A stretch of 64,000 nt of DNA from Nannocystales bacterium (GTDB taxonomy: Bacteria; Myxococcota_A; Polyangia; Nannocystales; Nannocystaceae): contig JBOEGF010000006.1 in NCBI GenBank assembly GCA_050633305.1, positions 106,480-170,479 of the forward strand, given 5' to 3'. The notes below the pieces were generated by a model. It did not search any database, was not told where the DNA came from, and worked only from the letters and a program-made list of their open reading frames with translations. The translations under genes and the position numbers were made by a program. Numbering within the stretch: position 1 is the stretch's first letter; each line of letters starts with the position of its first letter. Shown here one piece after another: positions 1-10,190 of this stretch.

Positions 1-914
1 AGCACATCGATATCGTCCGGGGAACCGACCCCACGGACGCTCACGCTGCGATCGATGCGACGCACCAACCCGGCAAGCACCTTCCCATGCCCCACCTCGA
101 GCGCCGCGTCGATGCCCAGGTGCGCAGCCTTCTGCACGGACGCTTCCCACTTCACCCGGTGCGTGACCTGACGAACGAGAAGCTCGGCAACGCGCGAGGG
201 ATCTTCGTTGGGCTCGGCTTCCACGTTCGTGATCACCGGTGCCTCGAAAGCGCTCATCTGCACATCTGCGAGTGCGTCCTGCAGCCGATCGGCTGCCGGC
301 TGCATCAGCGCGCAATGGAATGGTGCGGACACCTTCAGCGGGATGGCGCGGGCCTTTTTTTCCTTGGCCAACCCCACGAGTCGCCCGACCGCCTCGGCGT
401 GTCCAGCCACAACGATCTGTCCCCCGCCGTTCTCATTCGCGGGGCTGAGGACCTGATCTTGTGCGGCCTCCAGACACAGGGCTTCGAGCGCCTCGCCGTC
501 CATCCCGATCACAGCCGCCATCGCGCCGACCCCGGCGGGCACCGCTTCCTGCATCGCCTGCCCGCGAAGCCGAACGAGTTTGACGGCGTCCGCGAACTTC
601 AACGCGCCCGCCCCGACGAGCGCCGAGAATTCACCGAGCGAGTGCCCCATGAAGAATGCCGGCTTCAGCTCGGTGCGCTCGCGAACCGCCGCGAGCGCAG
701 CCACCGACGTCGTCAGGATCGCCGGCTGGGTGTTCGCGGTGAGCGTGAGGTCTTCGGCCGGGCCCTCGAAACACATCTTCGAGATCGACAAGCCCAGGGC
801 GTCGTCGGCCTCGTCGAAGATCGCTTTGGCGGCGGGGCTTTGCTCGTAGAGCGCCTTGCCCATGCCGACCTGTTGAGAACCCTGCCCAGGAAACAAGAAT
901 GCGAGATTGGTCAT
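1..914 (-). CDS. fabD: Malonyl-CoA:ACP transacylase (3' end runs off the window)
   Basis: Absent from the ORF track because it crosses the edge. Manual translation from ATG 914 gives MTNLAFLFPGQGSQQVGMGKALYE, with catalytic GHSLGE near 625-650. ATGA overlap with the plsX stop. Confidence 0.95.
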   Translation of the reverse strand, partial: MTNLAFLFPGQGSQQVGMGKALYEQSPAAKAIFDEADDALGLSISKMCFEGPAEDLTLTANTQPAILTTSVAALAAVRERTELKPAFFMGHSLGEFSALVGAGALKFADAVKLVRLRGQAMQEAVPAGVGAMAAVIGMDGEALEALCLEAAQDQVLSPANENGGGQIVVAGHAEAVGRLVGLAKEKKARAIPLKVSAPFHCALMQPAADRLQDALADVQMSAFEAPVITNVEAEPNEDPSRVAELLVRQVTHRVKWEASVQKAAHLGIDAALEVGHGKVLAGLVRRIDRSVSVRGVGSPDDIDV

Positions 915-1969
915 GACGCGCTTTCGGCCGCCTTCGCGGCATCGAAGAGGGGTTTGTGCTCCGCGACCGCGGCCTCGAGCTGCGGTGCGAGTTTCTCGGA
1001 CACGGAACGTGCGGCGAACTCGAGACTGTGCGCGATGGCATTCGCGCTGGCGGACCCGTGACAGATGAACGCCAAGCCTCGAACACCCAGCAATGGCGCG
1101 GCCCCGTAGACGTCGGGGTCCAGCGCGGAGCGAAGCTCCATCAGGGCGGGCTTCATCAGCAACGCACCCATCTTGGAGCGACCGCTTCCGCCGATCGCAT
1201 CCTTGAGCCACCCGCCGATCGCCCGCCCGGTCGCCTCCATGACTTTCAGCGCAATGTTGCCGGTGAAGCCATCGGTGACCATCACATCCACCGCGCCCGC
1301 CATCAGGTCGGATCCCTCGGCGTAGCCGGCGTACTCGAATGCCTCGCTGGGGTGCTCCCGCAACAACTGATGCGCGACGCGAGTCAGCTCGGTGCCCTTG
1401 CCATCTTCCGATCCATTGGAGAGCAAGCCGACGTTGGGCCGCGTTCGCCCGTGCTTGAAGCCGGCATAGACCGCGCCGAGCACCGCGAACTGCACGAGGT
1501 TGACCGGCTTGCAGTCGACGTTGGCGCCAACGTCGAGGAAGGCGGTGAGCTTGCCGTTGCGGGTCGGCGTCGACGTGACCAACGCCGGTCGGTCAACGCC
1601 CTTGATGCGGCGGTACTTGAACAGTCCACACGCCAACATCGCGCCAGAGTTGCCCGCGGAGACCACCGCATCGGCCTCTCCGTTCTTGACCAACTCGAAA
1701 CACTGCGGCATCGAAGCCGCTGGCTTCCCGCGGACAGCCTTGCTGGGGCTGTCCTGCATCGTAATGACGTCGGGCGCGTGATGGACCCGAATCGGCAGCG
1801 AGGCCCAATCACGAGCCTGCGCGTCCAGGGCAGTCTTTAGTTTTTTTTCGTCGCCAACGAGGACGACATCAACCCCGCCGGTTCGTACGGCCTGCAGGGC
1901 CCCTTCGATCTCAGGGCCGGGGCAAGCGTCTCCACCGAAAGCATCCAGGGCGATCCTAGCGTTTGCCAT
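911..1969 (-). CDS. plsX: Phosphate acyltransferase PlsX
   Basis: RIALDAFGGD, VSAGNSGA, GVDRPAL, DVGANVD, VTDGFTGN motifs; rpmF-plsX-fabD synteny. Confidence 0.96.
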   Translation of the reverse strand: MANARIALDAFGGDACPGPEIEGALQAVRTGGVDVVLVGDEKKLKTALDAQARDWASLPIRVHHAPDVITMQDSPSKAVRGKPAASMPQCFELVKNGEADAVVSAGNSGAMLACGLFKYRRIKGVDRPALVTSTPTRNGKLTAFLDVGANVDCKPVNLVQFAVLGAVYAGFKHGRTRPNVGLLSNGSEDGKGTELTRVAHQLLREHPSEAFEYAGYAEGSDLMAGAVDVMVTDGFTGNIALKVMEATGRAIGGWLKDAIGGSGRSKMGALLMKPALMELRSALDPDVYGAAPLLGVRGLAFICHGSASANAIAHSLEFAARSVSEKLAPQLEAAVAEHKPLFDAAKAAESAS

Positions 1970-2104
1970 GGAAAAGCCTTGAAGCTCATCAACGCAGACG
2001 GGGCAGACGGGTTCGAGGAGCAGACTGCAAAGAAGTAGAGGAGTCGGTCTCGGTTCGGGAACAGGGAGGACACCCGGTCCTCCCTGTTGACCACGAACGA
2101 GAAC

Positions 2105-2290
2105 CTAGTCTTGGGCGACCGCAACCACCTCGCGTCCGCGGTACTGACCGCAGGCCGGGCACACGCGGTGGCTGATCATCAGCTCTCCGCAGTTGGGGCA
2201 CGGTCCGAGGTTCGGCGCGGTGATCTTGTCGTGGTTGGCACGACGCATGTTGCGGCGCGAGGAAGACGTTCGTTTCTTAGGTACAGCCAT
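2105..2290 (-). CDS. rpmF: 50S ribosomal protein L32 (Zn-ribbon type)
   Basis: [17 protein letters not shown]...CPNCG...[12 protein letters not shown]. Confidence 0.97.
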   Translation of the reverse strand: MAVPKKRTSSSRRNMRRANHDKITAPNLGPCPNCGELMISHRVCPACGQYRGREVVAVAQD

Positions 2291-2357
2291 CGGGCCCTCG
2301 AAGAGGCGGGAGTGTAGTGGTGGCCCGCACCCGGCGGCAAGGGCCTAAGTCGGGTTT

Positions 2358-3050
2358 TCAGTCGGGCAATTGGAGCTTTCTCAAGGCGTCCGCCAGGGCG
2401 GTCGACTTGGGCGGTTCTTCCGCGTCGCTGTCCGATTCCGCCTCCGTGGGCGGGTCGCCGACGGCGCCGAGGAATTCCTGGCCGCACTTCACGCAGAACG
2501 CGCGGTTGCCAGCGATCCGCGGGGGGACCTCGTTGAAGTTGTTCCCACAGCCCGAGCACAGGCCTTCACAGGCCTCGCCCTTCTCGCACAGGGCGCGCAT
2601 GGGGTACGCCACCTTCACGTACTCGGTCACGACCCGGGCGAGGTCGATCGTCCGTCCATCATATGGCCAGCTGTCGAGCGCTTCGTCGTCGAGCGCCAAT
2701 CCGTCCTCATCTTCCTCCTGGCGGGCCACAGGGGTGCCGGAGAGCACGAACATCGCGTCGATCCGGCTGTTGCCGTCGACCACCGCATCCTCAAGACAGC
2801 GTCCACAAGGAACGATGAACGTCACTGCGAGCTGACCGGAGACGATCACAGGCCCGTCGCCGGGCAGGTTGAGGTCAAATGCGACCCTGCCCGCCTCGCG
2901 AACCTCGGCGTCAGTATCGGACAGCGCGTGCGCGAGCCACTCGGAGGAGAGATCCGCCTCCACGCGGCCGTGGGTTTCGCCGCGCCGCCGCATCGCGGAC
3001 ACGTCGACGCTCAACGACTCGGGCGGCGGTGGAGCAGCGGCTTCGGACAT
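2358..3050 (-). CDS. yceD: YceD/DUF177 family protein
   Basis: PCGRCLE, IDLARVV...YPMRALC...CEGLCSGCG motifs; directly upstream of rpmF. Start re-picked at ATG 3050 (MSEAAAP). Confidence 0.88.
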   Translation of the reverse strand: MSEAAAPPPPESLSVDVSAMRRRGETHGRVEADLSSEWLAHALSDTDAEVREAGRVAFDLNLPGDGPVIVSGQLAVTFIVPCGRCLEDAVVDGNSRIDAMFVLSGTPVARQEEDEDGLALDDEALDSWPYDGRTIDLARVVTEYVKVAYPMRALCEKGEACEGLCSGCGNNFNEVPPRIAGNRAFCVKCGQEFLGAVGDPPTEAESDSDAEEPPKSTALADALRKLQLPD

Positions 3051-3186
3051 GCGCGGCGGTGTAGTGCGTCCGCCGCCCGCTGTCAAAACGTCCGTGCAGG
3101 CGTGAGCCGGGCCGTGATCCCGATCGTAGGGTCGAACCCCGCGCCATTGACCGCAAACCGCACAGTGTCGTAGACCGTCGCGACCC

Positions 3187-6100
3187 GTGCCGGCAGCGCA
3201 CAACCAACCACCTCGTCGGGCCTCGCGCCTGGCATGGCTGCTCCCGCTGGCCGCCCTGTTCGTGCTGACGCCGAGCCTCGCGCGCGCTGGTTCGATCGCG
3301 CACATGCCCGTGCGCTCACCGGCCGCCCTGATTCCACCGCAGGCTCCGGGAGTCTCGCTCGGTTCCGCAACAGCGTTCGCGCCCGCGCCCGAGTCTCCGC
3401 CCCCCGGAACCCCGAGCCCAGATGCGAAGCCGGATCCAGATGCGAAGCCGGATCCAGATGCGAAGCCGGATCCAGATGCGTCGGACGACGAAGCGTCGAC
3501 GCTGATCCGTCAGCGCAACATCCCGCCGCTGTGGTTCAACCGCGAGTTCGACACGCACCAAACCAAGGCGGTCCCGCCGTTCTTCATCCACCGGACGCCC
3601 AAGGCTGGGCACCCCGAGAAGCTCCTTCATGCCGACCTGTCGTTGACCTTCGCTTGGTACGACAAACGGATGGAGCGTCGGCGGTGGATGAACCCCGCGG
3701 TCCTGTTCTTCGGAAGCTACTCCAAGCGCAAGACCGTCTGGGGCGCTGCGCCTCTGTTGATGGGCTACCGACGCGTCGGCGAGCAGTTCAACTTCGGCCA
3801 GTTCCCGCTGGTGTGGTGGTGGGGCACGAAGTTCGTGAAGAACTTCCTTGTCGTCCCCTTCCACTACCAACAGAAGACGCCCGACAGCTTCCGGGGTGTG
3901 TCCGCGTTGTTCTTCTGGTATGGGCGCAAGGACACCGAAGACGCCGATCTGCAAAACGATCGGAAGCACTTCGTCGCGGCCCCCTTCTTTTTCCGGTTCC
4001 AACGCGGACTCAAGCGTTTCGACTACTCGCTGGTCTACTTCGGCGGCCACAACAAGCTCAAGGGCCGCAAGTTCTCCGCATTCGCCCCCTTCGTGCTCCT
4101 GCAGCAGAGTGAGTTCGGCAACCGCAAAGAAGTGTGGTCGCTCCCTTGGATTCGACGGACGGACACGGCACGCCGCAAATCGGCGTGGTCGGTTCCGGTC
4201 GCCTTGACCTTCGGCACCAAGAACCCCGACGGCAGTCTGCTGTCCGTCACGCCGCTGGTCTGGCACGCCCGCAACAACCTCAAGGGCAGCAAGCTGACCA
4301 TCGCTGGGCCGCTCGGCTGGTACGACGATCCCAACCAGCGCAACATCGTCGGCGCTCCCCTCTTCTACCGGTTCCACGACAAGACCTACGGACGCACGAC
4401 CAACGTGTTCGCACCGCTGGTCTTGACCCGGAGCACGCCCAAGAGCACCGCCGTGTGGACGCCGATCGGTGGCGGACGTCGGGGTCAAAACGGCTGGGGC
4501 TTCGGCATCGTCCCAGCCCTGACCGGCTTCGCCCAAGGTCCCGACGGCCGTCGTTTCGGCACCGTCGGTGGACTCGTGTGGCACGCCAAGCGCCCCGCGA
4601 GCGAGAGCAAGCCCGCCCGCAGCCTCTGGGTCGCCGGCCCGCTCGGCTACGGAGACCGCCGCGGCAGTCGCATGCACTTGGGCCTCGTCCCGGCCATGAC
4701 CTTCGTGGGCTGGGGAGAAGGCAAGAACTACCAAGTCGTCACGCCGCTGCTGTGGCACGTGCGCGACGCGGCAGCCGATCGACGCACCGTCGTCGCCGGG
4801 CCGGTCTACCACCACCACGACAAGGCCGGCAGCGCGGGCGGGATCGCTCCGCTCGCGTTCTGGGGCAACAGCCCGCAGCACCGCTACGGGATCCTTCCGT
4901 GGCTCCTCATCGGTGACGTCACCTTCAAGGACACCCAAGAGCGGCTGACCGTCTCGCCCGTGTTCGTCCGCTCCAAGAGCCCGACCGCCCGCACCCTCGG
5001 CGTGGCCGGGATCGCGTGGGATGTGCAACGAGGCAACGGGGCCGAGCGACACAGCGTGCTCTTCCCGCTGTACTACCGTCGCCAGCTCCCCGGACGCACC
5101 ACGGTCGTGACGCCGATCGGTGGCATGTACGCGAGGGGCGCGGATCGAACCTCGGTCTACGGCCTGTACTACCGCCGCAAGACCGCGGACCGGAACGGCT
5201 GGGGCGTACTGCCCTTGGTCTTCCACGACGCGCACCCGGTCGAAGGCGGCCGGTCCTCGCACACGGTGGCAGCGCCTCTGTATCTCCGGCGCCGCACCCC
5301 GACCGACGACCTGGACGTGTTCACCCCCCTGGTGTGGCGCAGCAACGTTCGCGGCGACAAGCCCCGCAAAGGCCTGGCCGTCGCCCCCTTCTACTTCCGA
5401 CAGCGCCAACCTGGCGGCGTGGATGTGGATGCGGGTCTGCCGTTCTTCTTCTCCCGCGATCGGGTGCGGCACACGCACACGTACATCGTCGCGACAGGGT
5501 TCCACCGGCTCAGCCGCAAAGGGCTCAACTCCGGCGTGGCACCGCTGTGGTGGTGGGCCGACTCCGAGGAAAAGCGTCGCCTCGTCGCACTCCCCGCAAT
5601 CTTCCACTTCGAAGACAAGACCAAGAACGAGCACACCACCATCGCGGTGCCGTTGTGGTTCGACCGCCAGCGCGCCGATGGGCGCCGACGGTGGGCCGCG
5701 TTCCCGTTCGTCTTCGGTGGCCGCAAAGGCTACGACCACAGCCGCTTCTCGCTGGCACCGATCGGATACTTCGACCTGTTCCGCCTGCAACGGAACACCC
5801 GGTTCACGGGCTACGTGCCGCTGCTGTTCCGCTTCCAAAAAGGCGGATTCCAGGCCGGGGACGACCCCAAGAGCCGCTACACCCTGTGGGGAAGCGCTCC
5901 ACTGTTCCTGTACGGCAAGGACGGCAACGGCCGCCGTACCCACGGCGCGTTGGTCTACTACTACGACCGCAAGCCCGGCAGCGTGAAGCTGTACACCCCC
6001 GTCTTCGGGGTCACGAACGAACCCGGCAAGACACTAGGCTGGTACGCGGGCAACTTTGGCCTGCGGACCACCAACACCCACAAGCGCTCGTTCTTCTTCC

Positions 6101-6900
6101 CCCTTTGGTACCGCAAGGCGCACCGGCTCGAGGATCGCAGCCTGACCCTGGCCGCGCCGCCCGTGTTCATCTCGCAGCGCCGCGAGGACCGTCGCTTCTT
6201 CGAAGCCGGGCTCGTCGTGTGGCAGTGGAGGCAGCAGCACAAGGTGTCGACCGCCGTCGCACCTCCGGTGTTCTACTTCTCCGAGGCCTACGCGCAGCGT
6301 CGTCTGTACTGGCTGATGCCGCTGTTCATTCGCGACAACAACTTCGCGAAGGACACCGCCGCGTTCGCCATCCCCGGCGTGTACACGCAGGTTCGCAAGG
6401 GTGAGAACCTGGACTTCGTGCAGTTCCCGCTCGTGTGGCACATCGAGCGCGGCCAGAACCAAGGCACGTTCGGCGCGTTTGCGTGGTGGGATATCCGAGT
6501 CAAGGGCAAGACCCTCCAGATGGTCCCTGCCCTGTTCACCCGCTGGAAGACCCCCGAGCGAGACACCAAAGTCATCGGTCCAGGCTTGGGCTGGTGGAGC
6601 CGCGGAAGCGTAGAGGACCCCAAGGCCAAGGGGTGGCGCGTGTTGTTCGGAGCCTTCGGCGCGGGGACACAGAACGGTCGCAAGTACATGAGCATCTTCG
6701 GTGCTCGCATCGACCGAGGTCCTGCGCCCGCAGAGCCGACCAAGGCCGAAGCTCGCCGAGCGGCTCGCCGTGACCGTCGACAAGCCAAGAAGACCGCGCG
6801 CGCGACCGCACAGTCCGACCGTCGGTTGAAGCGCCAGGCAGCGTCCGCAGCCCGGATGCGCAAACCGACCGCTTCGGCCGCCCCCACCCCGGCGCCATAG
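3187..6900 (+). CDS. Large exported protein with aromatic 'P-L/F-x-W/Y/F' beta-repeats, function unknown
   Basis: 1237-aa ORF with genome-typical codon usage, signal peptide (...LTPSLARA), Pro-rich linker, dozens of quasi-periodic repeats and a basic C-terminal tail. Confidence 0.85.
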   Translation: MPAAHNQPPRRASRLAWLLPLAALFVLTPSLARAGSIAHMPVRSPAALIPPQAPGVSLGSATAFAPAPESPPPGTPSPDAKPDPDAKPDPDAKPDPDASDDEASTLIRQRNIPPLWFNREFDTHQTKAVPPFFIHRTPKAGHPEKLLHADLSLTFAWYDKRMERRRWMNPAVLFFGSYSKRKTVWGAAPLLMGYRRVGEQFNFGQFPLVWWWGTKFVKNFLVVPFHYQQKTPDSFRGVSALFFWYGRKDTEDADLQNDRKHFVAAPFFFRFQRGLKRFDYSLVYFGGHNKLKGRKFSAFAPFVLLQQSEFGNRKEVWSLPWIRRTDTARRKSAWSVPVALTFGTKNPDGSLLSVTPLVWHARNNLKGSKLTIAGPLGWYDDPNQRNIVGAPLFYRFHDKTYGRTTNVFAPLVLTRSTPKSTAVWTPIGGGRRGQNGWGFGIVPALTGFAQGPDGRRFGTVGGLVWHAKRPASESKPARSLWVAGPLGYGDRRGSRMHLGLVPAMTFVGWGEGKNYQVVTPLLWHVRDAAADRRTVVAGPVYHHHDKAGSAGGIAPLAFWGNSPQHRYGILPWLLIGDVTFKDTQERLTVSPVFVRSKSPTARTLGVAGIAWDVQRGNGAERHSVLFPLYYRRQLPGRTTVVTPIGGMYARGADRTSVYGLYYRRKTADRNGWGVLPLVFHDAHPVEGGRSSHTVAAPLYLRRRTPTDDLDVFTPLVWRSNVRGDKPRKGLAVAPFYFRQRQPGGVDVDAGLPFFFSRDRVRHTHTYIVATGFHRLSRKGLNSGVAPLWWWADSEEKRRLVALPAIFHFEDKTKNEHTTIAVPLWFDRQRADGRRRWAAFPFVFGGRKGYDHSRFSLAPIGYFDLFRLQRNTRFTGYVPLLFRFQKGGFQAGDDPKSRYTLWGSAPLFLYGKDGNGRRTHGALVYYYDRKPGSVKLYTPVFGVTNEPGKTLGWYAGNFGLRTTNTHKRSFFFPLWYRKAHRLEDRSLTLAAPPVFISQRREDRRFFEAGLVVWQWRQQHKVSTAVAPPVFYFSEAYAQRRLYWLMPLFIRDNNFAKDTAAFAIPGVYTQVRKGENLDFVQFPLVWHIERGQNQGTFGAFAWWDIRVKGKTLQMVPALFTRWKTPERDTKVIGPGLGWWSRGSVEDPKAKGWRVLFGAFGAGTQNGRKYMSIFGARIDRGPAPAEPTKAEARRAARRDRRQAKKTARATAQSDRRLKRQAASAARMRKPTASAAPTPAP
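3418..3480 (+). repeat. 18-bp tandem repeat (ccagatgcgaagccggat) x~3.5 encoding (PDAKPD)n
   Basis: Exact copies visible in the sequence, in frame within the linker. Confidence 0.95.
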
Positions 6901-7232
6901 CGGCCGCACACGGAAGCCTGCCAGCCTGTTCCAGGGTGTCTGTCCTGGGCCTTGAGTTCAGGACAGTCCGGGGGGCAGGGTGGCGCCGCTGCGGGACCCT
7001 GCGCGCCCCAGCTCAGGTCATCCACCGCTCGAAGGCACACGGACCTCCAGACGGCGGAGGCACGCACCAGCATCGCCTAGTCGGGCACGGGCGAACGCGA
7101 AGCGCCGACGAGGGTGACAGATCGGGAAGCCGGGGCCTGCGGTGCGGGTGCCGATTCGTGCAACGGCACCCCCCCCTCCCCCCGAAGCGCCGCGAAAACG
7201 TGCTTGGCATGGTTCTTCCAAAGCCTCCCCGC

Positions 7233-8663
7233 ATGACCACTCTGCGCTCTCCCGCACTCCTCCTGCTGCTTTGCTCGGCGTGCTCGCTGTTCGGGGCGTC
7301 CAGCGACACCGCGCAGCCGGAGCCCGGCCCCGTCATCGGGCAGGACTCGAAGGACACGGTCAGAGCGGGAGAGGCCGCGATGATGGCCAACATCGCCCAG
7401 ATGGACGAGGAGATCGACAAGAACGAGGCGAAGCTCCGCACAGCGCTTGAAGCCGCGCTCGGCAAGGCCTCCCCGGTCCCCGGTGGAGCCGTTCCCGCGT
7501 CCGCCTCGCAAACCGTCACAGCGTTGAAGAAGTCGAAGGTCGAGCTGCGCATCGAGCCCGTCCTCGATGCGCAGGGCAAGCCCCTGGGCAGCGGGCTGGT
7601 CCAGCTTACGGACTCCAACACCGTCAAGATGGTCGAGATCTCGCGGAAGATGGGCTCTGGCGGGAAGGTCTCGAAGAAAGAGCAGAAGTTCATGCAGGAC
7701 GCGGCAAAACAGATGACGCCGCTCAACGATCTGAAGGCGCAGGTCCGCGCCGCGGTCGACCCCGCGATGAACTCGGGCTGGATGATCACGACCGGATCGC
7801 TCACGACAATGCAGGTCGCCGCCAACATGGTCCGGACTCGACGACAGATGGAGATGGAGTGGCAGGACGAGGACTACGCGATCGTGCAGCAGCTCCTCGC
7901 CAGCCAGCGACGCCGCGAGTCGATCGGCGCGGTCTCGATCGGATTGATGGCCTCGTACCAACTCGCTTTCGCCGAAGGAGGAGACCCGTCGGTGGTGGAG
8001 ACCGTGTCCCAAGCCAGCCTCGATGCGCTGCCGATGAAGGGCGAGGCGTCCCTCGACGAAGCCAAGGCGTACATCGAGAACTTCGATGCCAACGTCGAGT
8101 CTTCCCGCGTGCAGTACGAGACGCAGATGCGGAAGTCCTTCGGCGATGAGGTCTACGAGACGAAGTACAAGGCAGGCATCGACACGATGTTCACCCAAAT
8201 CGCGGGCGCGTCCTCGGCCCAGAGTGCGACCGAGATGATGGCGGAGAACAACGCCACGTACGAAGAACACCTCAAGATGTGCGCACGCGGAGAGACCCCT
8301 CCCCCGGGCACCATGGTCGGCCCGGGCAAGTGCAAGGAAGCGAAGGCCGCCGCGGGCAGCGGGGGGGAGCTCAGCGCGGATGTCCTCGCGGGACTGCTCG
8401 GCGGACCCGGCGCGGTCGACGGCAAGGCCATCGCCAAGAAAGGAATCCTGCTCGCTTTGGAGAAGATTCCAGGCGGAAACCAGGTCAAGCGTGCGCTCGA
8501 AGGGGTGAAGGCGCTTCGTGATGGAGACCCGTCGGTCGCGCTGCGGCTTGCCGCAGACCTCGTGCCCCTGCCCGGTCCCGCCAAGATGGCGCTCAGCGGC
8601 GCCGCCACCATCGCCGAGGCCCTCCCCAAGGCCAAGCGCAACGCCCGGCGCATGCGCGGCTAG
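7233..8663 (+). CDS. Hypothetical helical lipoprotein
   Basis: Start re-picked at ATG 7233 (MTTLRSPALLLLLCSAC, lipobox-like); Met/Ala/Lys-rich, probably helical body. Confidence 0.75.
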   Translation: MTTLRSPALLLLLCSACSLFGASSDTAQPEPGPVIGQDSKDTVRAGEAAMMANIAQMDEEIDKNEAKLRTALEAALGKASPVPGGAVPASASQTVTALKKSKVELRIEPVLDAQGKPLGSGLVQLTDSNTVKMVEISRKMGSGGKVSKKEQKFMQDAAKQMTPLNDLKAQVRAAVDPAMNSGWMITTGSLTTMQVAANMVRTRRQMEMEWQDEDYAIVQQLLASQRRRESIGAVSIGLMASYQLAFAEGGDPSVVETVSQASLDALPMKGEASLDEAKAYIENFDANVESSRVQYETQMRKSFGDEVYETKYKAGIDTMFTQIAGASSAQSATEMMAENNATYEEHLKMCARGETPPPGTMVGPGKCKEAKAAAGSGGELSADVLAGLLGGPGAVDGKAIAKKGILLALEKIPGGNQVKRALEGVKALRDGDPSVALRLAADLVPLPGPAKMALSGAATIAEALPKAKRNARRMRG

Positions 8664-8831
8664 AACAGCAGAGGCGTGCGTTGCAGGCCGAATCCAAACC
8701 GGTCGGCGCTCTAGAGCACGACTGGGCCCGCCCCTCGGGCGCCCGAACGCTCGGGGCCGCGGGGAGCAGCACCGCCGCGGCCGTACGGGAGCTGGCAGTG
8801 AGGGAGGCCTCCCGCTGCGAGCGAGGCCTGT

Positions 8832-9671
8832 CTACCGTCGTTCGACGTAGACGCGGGTCATCACCGCCCGGTCTTCTGGCACCGGGCGGTCATTGGGTCC
8901 CGCCGAAGCCGCGAGCACCTCGCCGACGGAGATCGACCCCTCGGTGCACTGTCCGAAGATCGTGTGCACACCGTCGAGGTACAGCGCAGGCCCCAGCGTC
9001 AGGAAGAACTGGCTGCCTCCAGTGCCCGCGCCTCGGTTCGCCATGCTGAGCCGACCTGCGCGGTCGTGGCTGACCCCAGGGGCGAGCTCGTCCGGGATGA
9101 CGTAGCCCGGGCCACCCTGCCCGGTCCCCTGAGGATCGCCGCCCTGCACCATGAACCCGGGGATCGCGCGGTGGAACAGGGTCCCGTCGTAGTACGGCCG
9201 GGTGATCCAGGCATCGTGTTCGGCGTCCTTGAACGGTCGCTTGCCCCGAGCCAAGCCGACGAAGTTGGCGACGGTCTTGGGGGTCTGGTTCTCGAACAGC
9301 TCGCACTCGAGTTTGCCGGCGGGCATCTCGATGACCACCCACAGCGGACCTTCGCCTTCCACCCCGTCGAGCGCCTCGTCGAGCGTGAACACCCCCCCTT
9401 TGGGGTCGCCCTGGGCGGTGGCGTAGGCCTGCATCTCCGCGTCCGTCATTCCGATTGCGGGAGGATCGCCCTCGGCAAATACGGTCTCCAGGCCCTTCGC
9501 GCCGGGGTCCTGAGCGTTCGCGTCCGGCGCGGATCCGCCACCCCCAGCCGGATCCCCGTCCTTTGCCAGCTCCTCGGGCAGCGGCGGAGGCGGTGTGAAC
9601 ACACACGACATGGCTCCGGTCGTCCCCAGGAGGGCCAAGGTTGCGACAAAGCGGGAGCTTCGGGCGAACAC
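8832..9671 (-). CDS. Cyclophilin-type peptidyl-prolyl isomerase, probably lipid-anchored
   Basis: TPKTVANFVGLA, YDGTLFHRAIPGFMVQGGDP, LSMANRG, GSQFF, HTIFGQ; hydrophobic N-terminus followed by Cys. Start (GTG 9671) uncertain. Confidence 0.92.
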   Translation of the reverse strand: MFARSSRFVATLALLGTTGAMSCVFTPPPPLPEELAKDGDPAGGGGSAPDANAQDPGAKGLETVFAEGDPPAIGMTDAEMQAYATAQGDPKGGVFTLDEALDGVEGEGPLWVVIEMPAGKLECELFENQTPKTVANFVGLARGKRPFKDAEHDAWITRPYYDGTLFHRAIPGFMVQGGDPQGTGQGGPGYVIPDELAPGVSHDRAGRLSMANRGAGTGGSQFFLTLGPALYLDGVHTIFGQCTEGSISVGEVLAASAGPNDRPVPEDRAVMTRVYVERR

Positions 9672-9784
9672 GAGCCTGATGAATGGCACTGGTCCTAGCG
9701 CTTGACAAGCCCGAAGCCGTGGGCCAAAACCGCCGTCCGTTCGAGACTCCGCCGGGCAGCGCCCGCAATTCGAGAGAAGACACC

Positions 9785-10057
9785 GTGGCAAACCACAAGT
9801 CCGCAGAAAAACGTAACCGCCAGCGCCCCAAGCGTCGCGCTCGCAACCTCCTTCACCTCAGCACGATGCGCACGTTCATGAAGCGTCTTCGCACCGCTCT
9901 GGGCAAAGGCGACGTCGAGACCGCCAAGGAGACGCTCCCCAAAGCTATCCACGCCGTGGCCAAGGCCGCCAGCAAAGGCGTCATCCATCGCAACACCGCC
10001 GCACGTTACTTCTCGCGCATGACCGTCGCGGTCGCAAAAGCCGAGAAGGCTGCCTGA
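9785..10057 (+). CDS. rpsT: 30S ribosomal protein S20
   Basis: GTG start; (M)ANHKSAEKRNRQ...KAASKGVIHRNTAAR. Confidence 0.96.
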   Translation: MANHKSAEKRNRQRPKRRARNLLHLSTMRTFMKRLRTALGKGDVETAKETLPKAIHAVAKAASKGVIHRNTAARYFSRMTVAVAKAEKAA

Positions 10058-10093
10058 TCCGACTGGGCTCGCCGCCTGGCGTTCTTGAACGGA

Positions 10094-10128
10094 GAAACCC
10101 CGCCCAGCTCAGCTGGTGCGGGGTTTTC
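10094..10128 (+). terminator. Intrinsic terminator after rpsT (possibly bidirectional)
   Basis: gaaaccccgc-ccagc-tca-gctgg-t-gcgggg-tttt hairpin between convergent genes. Confidence 0.75.
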
Positions 10129-10190
10129 TGATTCCAGTGTTCTGATCCCAGTGCGGGCGGCACCGCGGGCGAGTGGGCCCACCGCGCTCG

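Noticed and set aside
87..1061. 324-aa plus-strand ORF and other long antisense ORFs (e.g. 3316-5943, 17505-19595, 57164-59293)
   Set aside because: Shadow frames of well-supported opposite-strand genes, expected in high-GC DNA.
6936..7232. N-terminal extensions given by the ORF track (also 16444-18204, 19567-21177, 31889-33328, 35496-37088, 43255-44703)
   Set aside because: They overlap neighbouring genes or precede clear signal peptides or family starts, so starts were re-picked downstream.
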